Assembly (NCBI GenBank): GCA_000320545.1
Contig: ADNK01002537.1
Span: 34,862-98,861 of the forward strand
From: Bigelowiella natans CCMP2755
Lineage: Eukaryota > Protista > Cercozoa
Direction: 5' to 3'
DNA: 64,000 nucleotides
The notes beneath the pieces were generated by a model, which did no database searches, was not told the origin of the DNA, and was given only the letters and a program-made list of their open reading frames with translations. Positions 45,511 to 58,424 of this stretch are shown here, in pieces. The position numbers were made by a program, and so were the translations under genes. Every line of letters begins with the position of its first letter. Positions within the stretch are counted from its first letter, which is position 1.

Positions 45511-46099
45511 TGTAGATCTGTTAAGTCAACTGCCGTTGAGCGTGGTTGCGGGAGCGCCTCCCCCCACCGGACGAGGATGCGAGTGTGTTAACGAATCGCT
45601 CTATCTCCTAGGTCCACTTGTCAGGACATGCACGTGTGTCAGGAGAAATAAATCAGCTCTATTTAACGGAAAACCAAGGCCGTTTTTTTAGTGCGATGCA
45701 ATCTCGTTCATGTCGGTGAGTAAGAAGCGCGTCTCGCACTGAAGCGCGCGCGTAAATAGGGTGCGACTCGACTAGTTGACTGATTTAAAGGTGTAATTTA
45801 TGCATTATTTTTAGGTAATTTCTCCGGAATCTGCAGGCTAGATCTAAAAAGCCACCCTCGTAACCGAAACCCCCAGTGAAACAATCCTGGAGCACCGAGA
45901 GAAACGGGATGAGGGGATGAGGGTGAGGGGGGGGGAGGAATTTCATTGCTTCAGTGATGACAGTTGCAGTCAAACGTTCAGTTAACAGAACGAACAGTAT
46001 GCCCCCACTCCCCCCTCTAGCCCTCTTCATCACACACAAAGCTAGAAAGTCCTGCACGCACACCCTCAGTGCCACAAGTGTCTTTTTTGTCTTGAATGA

Positions 46100-46980
46100 G
46101 CGAATGTGTTAACTACATGTCTAATGTCATTATCATCATCACTTTAGTATGTGCACAGGGACAATGCACTGCAAATTTCTACTAAGTAGCATCCGCACAT
46201 GCAAGCTAGCAGCTCGAATTTGAATTTGAATTTGAATGAAGCAATGGCAGGCTGCACTTGCACTTGCTGTTTCGGATGTGTTCCTGAGACGGCGGAACGC
46301 ACAAGAACAATGAGAAGCGGGCGAGAAGTTGCATTCCTCAAACACCATTCCAACACCACAACCAGACAACAACAGCAAACAGGACAAGAGGAGTTAGCCA
46401 CAAGTCACCATGTGACCCCCCCGATAGCTAGCGAGATGAACCCACCCTCACTAGCTCGCTAGCTCATGTGTCGTGCTGGCATGCTGGTGTGCATGTGTGT
46501 TCAATGTGAGGGCCATCAATGGTTTGATGAACAACAAACTCAAGGGTGCGGCTGCACAACATGCTTGGTACGCAAAGGTGAGAATGAGGAAGCTGAGGAT
46601 CTCTCTATCATTAGATCTAGATCTGTGGAGGAACAATGCAATCCTGCAATGTTCTCGCAAACATGCCTGACTTTTGTGTTATTGCTGCCACAAACCATGC
46701 TAGCTACTAGCTAGCATGGGGAAAAGTTGAGCAGCAATGTCCATGGACATCGGCGCTCTAACCGCTGCTAGGCTGCTCTGCAAAGCTAGAAAGCTAGAAA
46801 GTATAAGCCACATCGAAGACATCAGAATGACAAATGAAAATGTTTAATCACATCATTGCATCAGATTATTCAGTGTTGTAGACATCGCTAGATCGATGAA
46901 CTGCTAAAGCTTTCTTTGTTCGAAATCGCCTAAGCAGTTGCAGTATGGCTGTGCAATGATGCACCTAAACTTGCCAAATC
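46100..46980. other. CTAG/TGCA-rich block downstream of the His-phosphatase gene
   Basis: e.g. gctagctactagctagcatg and aaagctagaaagctagaaa. Confidence 0.7.
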
Positions 46981-47064
46981 TGCGTACGCGCTCTAATCAT
47001 CACCCTCTCATCGTCATTTCGTCGATATCAGGATCCCCATTACTCTCCTCTTCATGATCAGGAA

Positions 47065-48730
47065 TTACATCGGAAGATGAGAGATCACAACTCGGTTCTT
47101 CTGCGTAACGAAGCTAATCTTTATGTGCCGCCGTCGTCTGCATCTCCTTCTTCCCTCCCCCTGCACCCTCCTCTTTCTCCCTCTGCTGCGCCGACGACGA
47201 GCTGCTAACATTCTGAAACTTCCGGAAAAAGTTCTTAATTCCACGCTTGCTCGCAGTGATTCGGTCGGTTAATGTCGGAGCTGCTGATGTCGGCGATTGA
47301 GCTGCGTGGGCGTTCCTTGCAGCCCTGGGAGATATCTGACATTAAGATGCGGAGGTTGCCAAAGTCAATTTACATCAGGATTGTGCATTTGCTCTCCCTC
47401 TCTCCCCCCCCCCCCTTCTCTCTCTCTTCCTCCCTCCCCCTTTTTTTCTTTGGATCTTTCTCTGTCTTTCTCTATATCTCTTGCTTCTCACACTTCTAAT
47501 TGTTATTTCTGTTATGTCTGTGCGAAATAATACACATATTGTTCCCATTAGAGGTGCCTAATCTAAATGATCATCCTTTTCTTGACCAACTTACCGATTT
47601 GCTAGTGTGGGCATCCATTGCCCTTCTTCGTCTAGACGCTGGAAATCACGTCATTCAAATAGCAACATGCGATTACTATAGTGTTCCGATAGTAAGCGCA
47701 ATGCAAATTCTCGGTTGTTTGAATTGCAAAATGACATGGGGGCAGCATTAGCATGCAATGTAATGTGTGCTTAAAAAATCCATATATCTTCAGCAATCGT
47801 CTTTTACTCTTGCTTGTAGCAGCAGGACTTCGGCTGCTTCTTGGACTTCTCCCACGTGAACGTGACCTCGATCGGACGCTGTCAATATGGTGTGTTTGAG
47901 CATGTTTTCGGGTGAGGACTCATGGTTTTGTCAATTTCGTTTGGCTATTTTAATGGCCAAAAGCAGCCGTGGCAGCCGTTCGGACCTGCTAGGCCTTCTC
48001 ACGGCTTTGATGAGTTTCATCTCTAAAAGGTCCTCGTATCTGAATGCGTGATGATGATGATGATGATGATGATGAATGATACACAAGAACTACAATACAA
48101 ACATGATTTTGCTTCATCTGCCACCTACTTCGATACGGATAAATCAAATTAGCCTCTTTTGCTCTCTCTCTTTCTCTCTTTCTCTCTCCTACACACTCCC
48201 CCCCTCTAAAAACACACGAATTGGAAGGATTATAAATGGCGACACCAGCTAATGTGATAAACGTACAGTGTGTCAATATCCCAAGGCGTTAGAACAGCGT
48301 CCATCTCGTCCTGTGTTGCGTCCTCCATATCCTTATGGTGTTATATATGCGTGAGAGTTATACGTGCGGGCGCGTAAGTGCAAACGTGTATACAGGTGTG
48401 CATATGTGAAATTCGGTGCGCTAGTTGTGCTCGCTGCTGCCGCTCGTGGCAGTAGCAGCATTCGTTCTGGCTTGTAGTGGTGAGGAAGTGAACCAAATCA
48501 GCATATTTTTACAATTGGAAAAACGACTAATATACAATCACTGCGTTTGAATATTCAAATCGTATTCGTTTTCATCATCATCATTAACAACAATAACAGC
48601 AGCAGCAGCAGCAGCAGCGTGCACTCCTTCCTTGGCCTTATTACCGTGACTTGTGTATTGTCCCCATGGTAGTAGCCCTCCTTCAAAACGGACGGCTTTG
48701 CTTTGCTCAGCTTTTTGATGAGTGGTCAAG

Positions 48731-48765
<35 letters not shown>

Positions 48766-49222
48766 TTTAGATCACATGGATATTTTTTGTAAGCATGCTA
48801 CTCTGTGCGCGACAATGGACGATGCGCTCAGACGAAGAAGTATTGGTTTCCATGCACATGTGGGCGTTGGTGCTCTGGTGTTGTTGGTGTTGTTGTTGTT
48901 GTAGCCGTGGGAAAAACAGATGATAGGTTCAAAAGCATACCATGCCGAAGTAAATACTTCCAAGATGCTTATTGAGCAGCCACCGCGCCCTGAGTGGCCA
49001 TCCACCAAGAACAACATGCATCACAGTCGTAAGCAAAATAACCACTTACACGCGCGCAGTGATCAGACACAAAAAGCAAGCGGTGCATACGCGCGCACAC
49101 TACCATGATGAAACCCCGGTTCTCGTGTCAGTCGTCTTGTAGCTCTCAACCGCTGCCTCGCGATTCATCTACGATCCCACGCGTAAAGACAACAGCAGTT
49201 TCAGCGCGCGCGCTCTGTATGC

Positions 49223-49265
<43 letters not shown>

Positions 49266-49715
49266 ATGATCAACCTCTCTATAGAGATGAAACCACCACT
49301 CCCCCTCCCTTTCGCGGAAACGCTGTGATTTGCGCTTATCTCGAGCCTTCACTTGCTTGTCTACAAATCGCTGAGAGAGTAGTCGTTGCAAGGCCATACC
49401 ACACACATACACACACATACACGCACGCACACACACACACACACGTTTCAGAGAGAAAGCGAAGTTACGCTCAAACAAAGAGAAGAATGTGTAATCAAGA
49501 TGGTGCTATTTTTGATGGCGTGATGCGAGGCGCATGGTTGGATCTCGCATGCTTCATTCGTCTAAGACCTGCACGCTTGAGATCATGCCTCCAAGAATGT
49601 TCTTTGAATCTTGAATAATATGCTGCTTTACTTTCAGCTTGGAGCCGAACATCAACTGTACGTCTGCACGTAGTAATACCAACCATCGTGATAGGAGGAC
49701 GAGTTAGACCGTGAC

Positions 49716-49748
<33 letters not shown>

Positions 49749-50272
49749 AGTGATGATGATAATGAAGTACGTGTGTAGTATTTGAAAACATACCATGTAT
49801 TATTGGAGAGCTTGGAGTAGTAAAGTCAATATCAAGCCCGACCACACCGCAATTCTCCACCGTGAACAGGCCAAAATCCTTCGATTCTTCTGGGTGGAGT
49901 TTCTGACATACGAACAACAGCAGCAATGCACTATCATTACATATAAACAGCAGCAGCAATGCACTATCATTACCCTAATCATCATCATCATCATCATCAT
50001 CGTCGTCGTTGTCATCATAGCTATCATCTTCACATAATGACAAGTAGATATGCTACATATTGGTAGTAAATTGCTGCACTGTGCATTGTGGTACTTTCGC
50101 AAGGGGAAAAAGAGGTGGCTGGACGAGTAGTAGTAGTAGTAGCAGTAGTAGTAGTAGTAGCGGTAGCGGCAGTCTAATAACAACCTTATACTTCTCCGAC
50201 ATGTGGACCTTGATGAAATCACGAATAAAGTGGGGAATGACCGACCTAAATCGCCCCCCCACCCCCCCAAAA

Positions 50273-50311
<39 letters not shown>

Positions 50312-50964
50312 ACACGAAACAACAGCAGCGACAGCAGCATCGTCACCTCACCAATGAGAACTATAAAACATATCTGAAGGGGTCGAGAATGGATCATAGC
50401 GTGTGTTGTTGTTACCACTATAATTGTCTCCTCCTCGTCAAAAGCGATGTGATTGCAAAACTCCTCCACACGGGCTTTAAAGGAACCCGAGCTTTGAAGA
50501 GGATAGTAAGATTTAATATATTAAACTTATGACAGTACACCGATCATTATCATATTCATCATCCTCATCGTCGTCATTGGCATCGTCACTATCATCATCT
50601 TCTTCATCATCACCGTTTCGGCACTTCAAATCCTACAGCTTTCACCAAATATACAGCATAATAATGAGCTAGTTCTCGCATATAGTATTATAACCGCGCG
50701 CGCGCGTGTGTGTGTGTCTGTGTGTGTTTGTTTGTGACATAGTGCACGTCTCTTCTTCCCTCACTCAAATAGTATCTTGTATGGTGTACCTTTCTTTGAA
50801 ACAGTTCCACCTAGAGGCATACATACACATAAAGCCAACAAACAGCACAAATACGAATATCTCAGCAGCCACCACCAAAGCAAAAGATAAACAGCTGCTA
50901 TGGGAGAAGGGGGGGTGGGGGGGGGGTGGTGGAGATTAAGATCTTCCTCAATAAGGAATATGCT

Positions 50965-51012
<48 letters not shown>

Positions 51013-51128
51013 TACTCAGCTATCGTGGTGCGGACATCGTCACATAACTACTGCATTTGAATATTTACGAATATCAAATAACCCGCAAACACGCACACAC
51101 ATACACATATGGCTATAACACTACACAA

Positions 51129-51170
<42 letters not shown>

Positions 51171-51442
51171 TTTTGTTATGAATGTTTATTTATATTTGTG
51201 TGTGGTAGCACACACCATGCAAATGTGCACATATTGGGGTCGATTCTGGTAAGCATTCGACGGACAAACTTCGGAACTCCCTGGTAAAAAATCATTAGGA
51301 CAAAAATGGTGATGGTGATGATGAGGATGATAGTGGTGATGATGATGCTAGATCGTGATGGTGAGTGGAGAGGAGAAGAAGAAGAAAAAGAAGAAGAAGG
51401 AGAGGGTATTAAACCGCCTCAAACGTGTTATAGAGTTATATT

Positions 51443-51475
<33 letters not shown>

Positions 51476-52162
51476 GCGATTATACACCTGATCACTAAAC
51501 AGCTCTTGAAATTCGTCCTCTGCACGCACTCGAATCTCGTCTCTGTAAACAAGCCCACAGCGACACATACACTCAGAGATTGAGCTCCTCAGGAAAAGCC
51601 ATAAAGCAAGTCGATGACGTAATCATTGCTCACGAAGCATAAATTCCTCTGCAATACCCTACAGCTTTCCCCTGCGTGTCAAACGACCCGAAGTTCCTCC
51701 TTTCTCGCGCCTTTGTGAGTAGAACCAACACCCTCGGGTTATCACCATCTCAAAAGGTAGAATAAACTAGCATTAGCTCCGTGCGCTATACACCAGGTAC
51801 AAAAGCATATGCATTGGTTATATCATATTGCCATAGCTGACGCTCTCATCCTCTCTTTTTGGGGTCGTACGGAGTCTAGCAGGGTGATATATCCTTCTTC
51901 TTCAGGCGACTCGCCCCCCCCCTCTTTCTTCTTCCTTATCTAAACAGACGCATGGTGATGCACCCGACGAAATAATGTTTGTTAGGCGAAAACAAAAACA
52001 GAAAAAAAGAGAGGACATATGAGCAGGGAACAAAAGAGCTTGACTCGCATGTTATTTGAGCCAGTGATTTAGCAAGAGTGAGCCTCTTAACAACAATGGC
52101 TCATATAGCAGCGGCTTGCACACGCGTAAATACTTTCTAAACTCCTTGCACAATGAGGACCA

Positions 52163-52231
<69 letters not shown>

Positions 52232-52439
52232 GAGAGAAAATAGAGAGAGAGAAAGCGAGAGAGTAAGAGAGAGAGAAAGAGAGCGATAGACAGAAGTTAC
52301 GCGCACACAATTATACGCAGCACACCTTCCCCTCCTCGTCATCGCTAAAGAGTGGATGGTCAGCCAGGCATATCACCGCCGTTTGCACCGCACGAGTCAA
52401 AGGGGAGCAATATACACGTCTAACAGAGAAGAACTCCCT

Positions 52440-52471
<32 letters not shown>

Positions 52472-52476
52472 TTCTC

Positions 52477-52523
<47 letters not shown>

Positions 52524-52819
52524 ATGATTTGGAATGTTATTTCAAACTTGCTTATATATCTTCTAATTTACTCATCGGTGTCGCGCTAATAACCCCCCCT
52601 CTCCCCCCTCCCCGCCCTTCGTTACTTTTCCAGTTTTTCTTGGTATTCTTTGTTGTCCCGCCCTCCTTTAGCATCATCCTGCTAGTGTTAGTTAGCTTTT
52701 ATTGCAATAATTTAAGTTTCCTATATACACATAATATAAATAAATATAAATCTATCTTCTATATGTGGTGTGCGTGTGTGCGCGCGTATTCATCGTCTCA
52801 AATAATATATATGCATATA

Positions 52820-52850
<31 letters not shown>

Positions 52851-53352
52851 TACATAAATGACATATGTACATATTTATATATCGTGTGAGCAGCACCGCC
52901 TTAGCGCCCTGGCGATCTTCTTCGTTGGACATTTTGAGAATCTTAATCTGGTCACCCAGCAGCAGCATGCCCCACACGCACACACACACACACACACGTA
53001 TATACATAGCAAGAAGAACACATATATATGTTACAGCAAAGGGATTAGCAGAGCAGCACTGCTACAATAAGCGGAGGGCATCGTCTAAATTATTTGTAAG
53101 ACTGTATTCGCATAAATCTTCTCTTCGCCCCTCTCATCGCCACATGGATACTACATTGCTCTGTTGGAGGTTACGCTATGTTGGGTGGGGTTTATGGAGA
53201 AGATGGTTTTGAGCGATATGTTCGTTCCAAGAATCAATGCGTATATCCATACCCAAACATATGGCCAACAATATAATATATGTGTATATGTGTATATTTA
53301 TGTTATATTTTATAATTTATGTATAAAATTCCTGTGATCTTGATTATAAAAT

Positions 53353-53390
<38 letters not shown>

Positions 53391-55191
53391 CGCGCCCGTG
53401 TATGTTTGCGCCATGTATTTGGGCAATAATATTGGCATATTCTCCGACAATAACCTGGAGATCCATGCACTGATGTTTTCCTTCCTCGCTCAAGGAGTGG
53501 TCAACCTTCATCAACAACACCAAATATTAATAATAACACCACATGAGAGGTGGAGGGAGAGGAGGCGGTGAGCCTGCACAATGCTTCCCGCAAGGGCGCT
53601 AACCGGCGCTCGCAACGGTGCGTGTGATGAAGAGGGGAGGGAGAGGGGGGGGAGCGAAAAGGATGGGAAAATGGAGATGAACTTATAGTATTTGACCTCT
53701 TTCACTAGACCTACAATGTCCTTATTAGCACTTGCCTGGGTGAATGTATAGCACCACCAGCAGCAGCAGTATTTCTATTAACAATGCTGTTTCGTCGGTG
53801 ATATTAGAAGGGGGGGGGGGGGGGGGGGGGGGGGGAGGGGGTAGAGGAAAGGACGCATACTCTCAGCACTACTCGATCCCACTACCTTATTCCACCTAGA
53901 CTCGCCATGCCGTATAAAGAACACTCGCTTCCTTGAGCTTGGGACTTTTGGTAGAGCGCCGATAAACACCCGCACAGGAGGGGGAAGAGGATTATTGTCC
54001 TTCTCCTCCTTTCCATCCTCCTTCACGCAGCCGCCGGCCGCCGTGTCATTGCCGGCTTCATTTCCAGGCTGAGAAAGCAAAGTGGGAGGTTCAGGCTGAT
54101 AGTACTACGGTGCATTGCAGCATTTTAGAAATAAGAATACAATTGTATTCGCACCAGCTCTAACCAGGCGCTTTAGTAGAGTAAATCGTGTTTACCTGTC
54201 CTGCTCCTCCTCCCCCTCCCCCTCCTTCCTCGCCTTCTCTGCTGCTAGGAATAGGAGGGGCTTTGGACGGAGAGGGGGGCGGTGAGGCCTTTTTGCTGTC
54301 ACCCTCCTCTTTCCCAGCCGCTGCTGCTGCTGCTTCTGCTGCTTTGGAACTAGCTGACTGGCCTTGGCCACTCGCACCGTGCTTCTCAACCCCCGACTCC
54401 GGAGCATCACTATTACCTCTTCCAGCAGGTGAGGAGTTGAAGAGGGAGGAGAACAGCTTGCTCGCGGAGCTCGCAGCATTGTTTATCATCCCGCCATTCT
54501 TCGCGCGCTCCCCTTCCTTGGAAGTCTCTCCGGCGTTTTTCGCGGTGTTGTTCTCGGGGGGGGCACTGCCCTCGGAGCGCGGGGGGGGGGAGGAGGCCGC
54601 GGTTGGTGAGAAGAACGAAGGAAATAAAATGCTGCTTTTCCCCGAGCCACCACCCGTCGTTGGAGACTCGTTTGATGGGGCGGTGATCTGCATACGACAT
54701 ATCGTCGGGTTACGCGAGAATGTGTGCGAGAATATCAGCCAGGCAGCAAAATCAGAAAGAGGAGGAGGATACATAGTTTGCATACCGATATCATCGAGGT
54801 GATTCTTTCCAAATCAACAGCGACGCAAGCGATTTGATCTCTCCGGGGACTCGGCTCCTGCTTTGGGGCATCTCCGGCATCACCCTCTGCGCAGCCGCCA
54901 TTGCCTTGGTCGCTATGCTCCTTGGAAACTATCGCCTTCGCATCTTTGCCTCCTCCTTCCTCGACTGCCGTTGACTTTCCTCCATCCTTCTTCTTGTCCT
55001 CCTTCAATTCTGTGTGGTGAAGATTGAGAAGATGCTCGTCGGAGATGCGACCGATAGAGGTGCAGTGATAGCCCTGAGAATGGCAATAGCAAAGGAATCG
55101 TGTCCCAGTGCCGCATAAATAGATGCCGATGTGTCAGTATCGTGCCATAGGAAGTAAGGAGCCTCCCCCCTCCCTCATTCCCCCCCCCCAG

Positions 55192-55226
<35 letters not shown>

Positions 55227-55348
55227 GGCATCAACGTTCGCAATATCGTTGCCCTCCTTTACTTAACAAAACGGATGATTCTATTCAGTGTGTCAACCAA
55301 CACGCTGCGACGAAGAAAGGCTTCTTTCTTCACTTCCAATGAAGCGCC

Positions 55349-55387
<39 letters not shown>

Positions 55388-55653
55388 TATTTCTCTCCCA
55401 GAGCTCCACAATCACCTCCAATCTTCCTTTGGGTTTGCTATTATCATCACTAAGAAACCCAGAACAGAATGTCATGGGAGAGTGCCAAGTGCAGGTTAGT
55501 ATTTCAAGTAGCTAGTACTACTACTCATTACTACTACTTACTGCTACTACCACTACTACTACTAACTCGTTCAAATGGCTACTGCATCTCTTTTTCATGA
55601 TATTTCTTCAAATAGGAATCAGAATTGACGCCTTTTTAGCATGCCCACGTGCA

Positions 55654-55690
<37 letters not shown>

Positions 55691-55782
55691 GTGTCAAAAT
55701 AGCTTGCAACGCTCACCCTTTAGGAACTCGAATTGACAATCTTCGGGCAGTATTATACACTGCGGTATTCCTAATTAAAAAT

Positions 55783-55857
<75 letters not shown>

Positions 55858-56145
55858 GAAACCATCATCACTATTATCTTCCTTCAACCTGCCGAAGACA
55901 CTCACGTTCTCTAACAGATAAACGGATGAAGGGATATCGACGGAAGGAAGGGGGGGGGGGGGGGAATCGAGAATTCACTGAACATACGTTTTTAAAGGCC
56001 TGGAGGGCAAGGTCACCCTGGTCCCCTCAATGGGGTTGGCATCATTATCTTGTTCCAAACCAGAGTATTTCAGATAGATAATCAAAGTGCCCTCCCCTTC
56101 GTCATTCTCAAGGCCAAGATTCTGATGTGAGGCGGGCACAAATAA

Positions 56146-56176
<31 letters not shown>

Positions 56177-57303
56177 GTATATTGGAAGCAAAACCGTTGA
56201 GGAATATCGAAATGATGATTCACTTCGCAAATGCCATCGCTGTCACCCAAAAAAAACGCAAAGCGCAGCTATCGGCTACAACGTGCGCGCGTGTTTCTTC
56301 GTGTGGACGACGATGCTATACTCATCATGCATGCCAACCGCAGATGTAATCGTTAACATTTCTAAACACGTCGTCTTGTATGTTTCGGTGTGTGTGTTTG
56401 GGTGTGTGTGTGAGAGAAATATATATAATTATATATATATATATATATATATATACTACCTCACACTTGGAGATATAGACATGCCGAATGATTTCCTCCG
56501 TGTTCCTTAGCTCTAATAACCAAAGATTCACGCGTGCCAACAATCAATCACATTGCATGGCCTTCTGCGGTGGAAGATAACGAGGAAAATCTACGCGTGT
56601 AGGTGTGTCTTTGTGCTGGTTGCTTATTTTCCAGAAGGAAGATGCTGGCACTCGGAATGGGTGATACATCCACATGCATATGAGGGGCTTGAGTTTCACG
56701 AGGAGACAGATGAAACAATAGGAAAATTAACATTTTCCACGGCAGTAGACACGATTGTAATGGCGGAAGAGGAAAATGAATTTCACGATAAATTTTAAGC
56801 GAATATCATGTGCAATGAAACAGAGCCAGCACGCGTGTGATATTTGCATGAATGAAGTCCGTGATTGTGGGCGTGTTATAGCCATTATTCCATCAATATA
56901 TATATATATATATATATATTGATATATATGGTGATTTGATAATGATCCCATACCCAAGACAACAATGTAGCACAATCCCAAAACCACCATCAACAACAAA
57001 AACAGGGGGGGCAAGGCCATTGATGAATAGAAAGATCTCGAGATGTAAGCAATGGCATCGACGTTCTATGTCATTTTCGCAAACTCAAGCTAATATAGAA
57101 GAAGTGTGGAACAGGGTAGATTTCGATGTTCGTAGACAGGAGATAACAGTGCGCTGTTACGTGCTTGAAAACAAGCTTTCACACTTCATACCTAGCTCTC
57201 TGAGATGCGGCTTCTTATCGGAAGGCGATTTTCTGGAACGACGAGGACTTCGACTGGATGAAGGGTGTCCTGGTTGTGTGATACATGTGAGTGCTAACAC
57301 GGC

Positions 57304-57335
<32 letters not shown>

Positions 57336-57828
57336 AAGCTCATAATCGTTCCGCGAAGAAGAATCATAATTCGAATCACTATAGCCCTTCGAGCATTAAA
57401 CCAATCGTTTCCCGTCATCATCTGATATCGTACCGTCGGATTGTGAAGCATCTACTCCTCTGTGATGGCCTCCTTTTCCCCCATCCTGCCAGTAAAATAA
57501 TAGCAGTGTGCGAATTAGAAAAGCGTTCGAACCAAAAAAGGGGGAAATTCTGCTTGAGAGAAATAGATCGGCTTTGAAAAACGCAACGACTTCGGTGTTA
57601 TCCAATCACCCACAGTCGTTCCGCCTCCCAAATATGCCTCGTGTTACTCTAGCCCCAGCAAAAATCAAAAAAGCTGCAGACAGATGGCAGGGCTTCGCTT
57701 ATTTTCTTGCATCCTTGGAACAAGGGCGCAAGCTCTCTCATCGATACTCTCAAATCCTATGTTGATGATCCAACCTTTGGCAAAGTAAAGATTCCCTTAA
57801 GAGCCTTGAGCTTCCTTGCGAGCTGCAT
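47065..57828 (-). CDS. large multi-exon protein containing a histidine phosphatase (phosphoglycerate-mutase superfamily) domain
   Basis: KRVFFIRHGESRWN (~53890-53930), VDHSLSEEG, YCSPLTRAVQTA (~52375-52415), KARERRNFGSFD, IIV|VGHSHFIR (needs a 1-nt correction at 50232-50235), ENCGVV and LMFGSKL. Upstream exons to ~57828 and downstream exons to ~47065 are plausible, but not every junction could be phased, so this might be more than one gene. Confidence 0.68.
52165..52285. repeat. compound (CA)n(GA)n microsatellite, representative of dozens of intronic (AT)n, (CA/GT)n and (GA/CT)n tracts
   Basis: Directly visible. Confidence 0.95.
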
Positions 57829-58424
57829 GCTCTAGGGACCAACAGGGGCGGGCGACGAGTTTATCGAAGGATGATGTGTGTGGGAATTCTCTCCCTGAAC
57901 GATGATTAATTTCTTTGTCGCATTTTACAAATCCCGTTTATTTGTTTCTGATATTGAAGATTATCTGGTATAAATAAATTAGATGTTCTAGGGTCAAGAT
58001 ATTGCTTCGGTGACATTTGCATTAAAAAAATTAATCTTCAAGATTTTTCATGATATTATACATAATTTAGATATAACCTGCATGAAATGTTGCCTTATTT
58101 AGAAAAAAAACCTTAAACACGCATAACCGAATATGAGTAAATCACATAGAAAGTCACAACTGGCAGTTTATGGGAGTAAAACCTGTCATTTTATTCCTAC
58201 GACATACACTTTCCAAGTATTCAAACCATAAATATTTCATTTTTGACCAAAAAAATATCGTTTTCGATCTTACTTTTCTATCTCTTCCCCAGCTGCCCGA
58301 GGCTGGAGCGATACACAGTTTGTAGCGCAAGGGGGGGCGCGGTTGGTTTGTGTAAGCGGATGGGTATCAAAGCCACCCGCAGTTGCTTGTGATCAAACAC
58401 AGCTAGGCCCTGATCACAATCTGC
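57829..58424. promoter_or_regulatory. AT-rich divergent promoter region
   Basis: Lies between a candidate minus-strand start (57828) and a plus-strand start (58425). AT-rich at ~57900-58280. Confidence 0.45.

Noticed and set aside
53809-53840. Long G tract as a functional G-quadruplex element
   Set aside because: G/C homopolymers occur in many introns on both strands, with no consistent position or other support.
48538-57577. Many ORF-track peptides with YIYI, CVCV, THTH, ERER, poly-H or poly-S runs
   Set aside because: Translations of intronic microsatellites.
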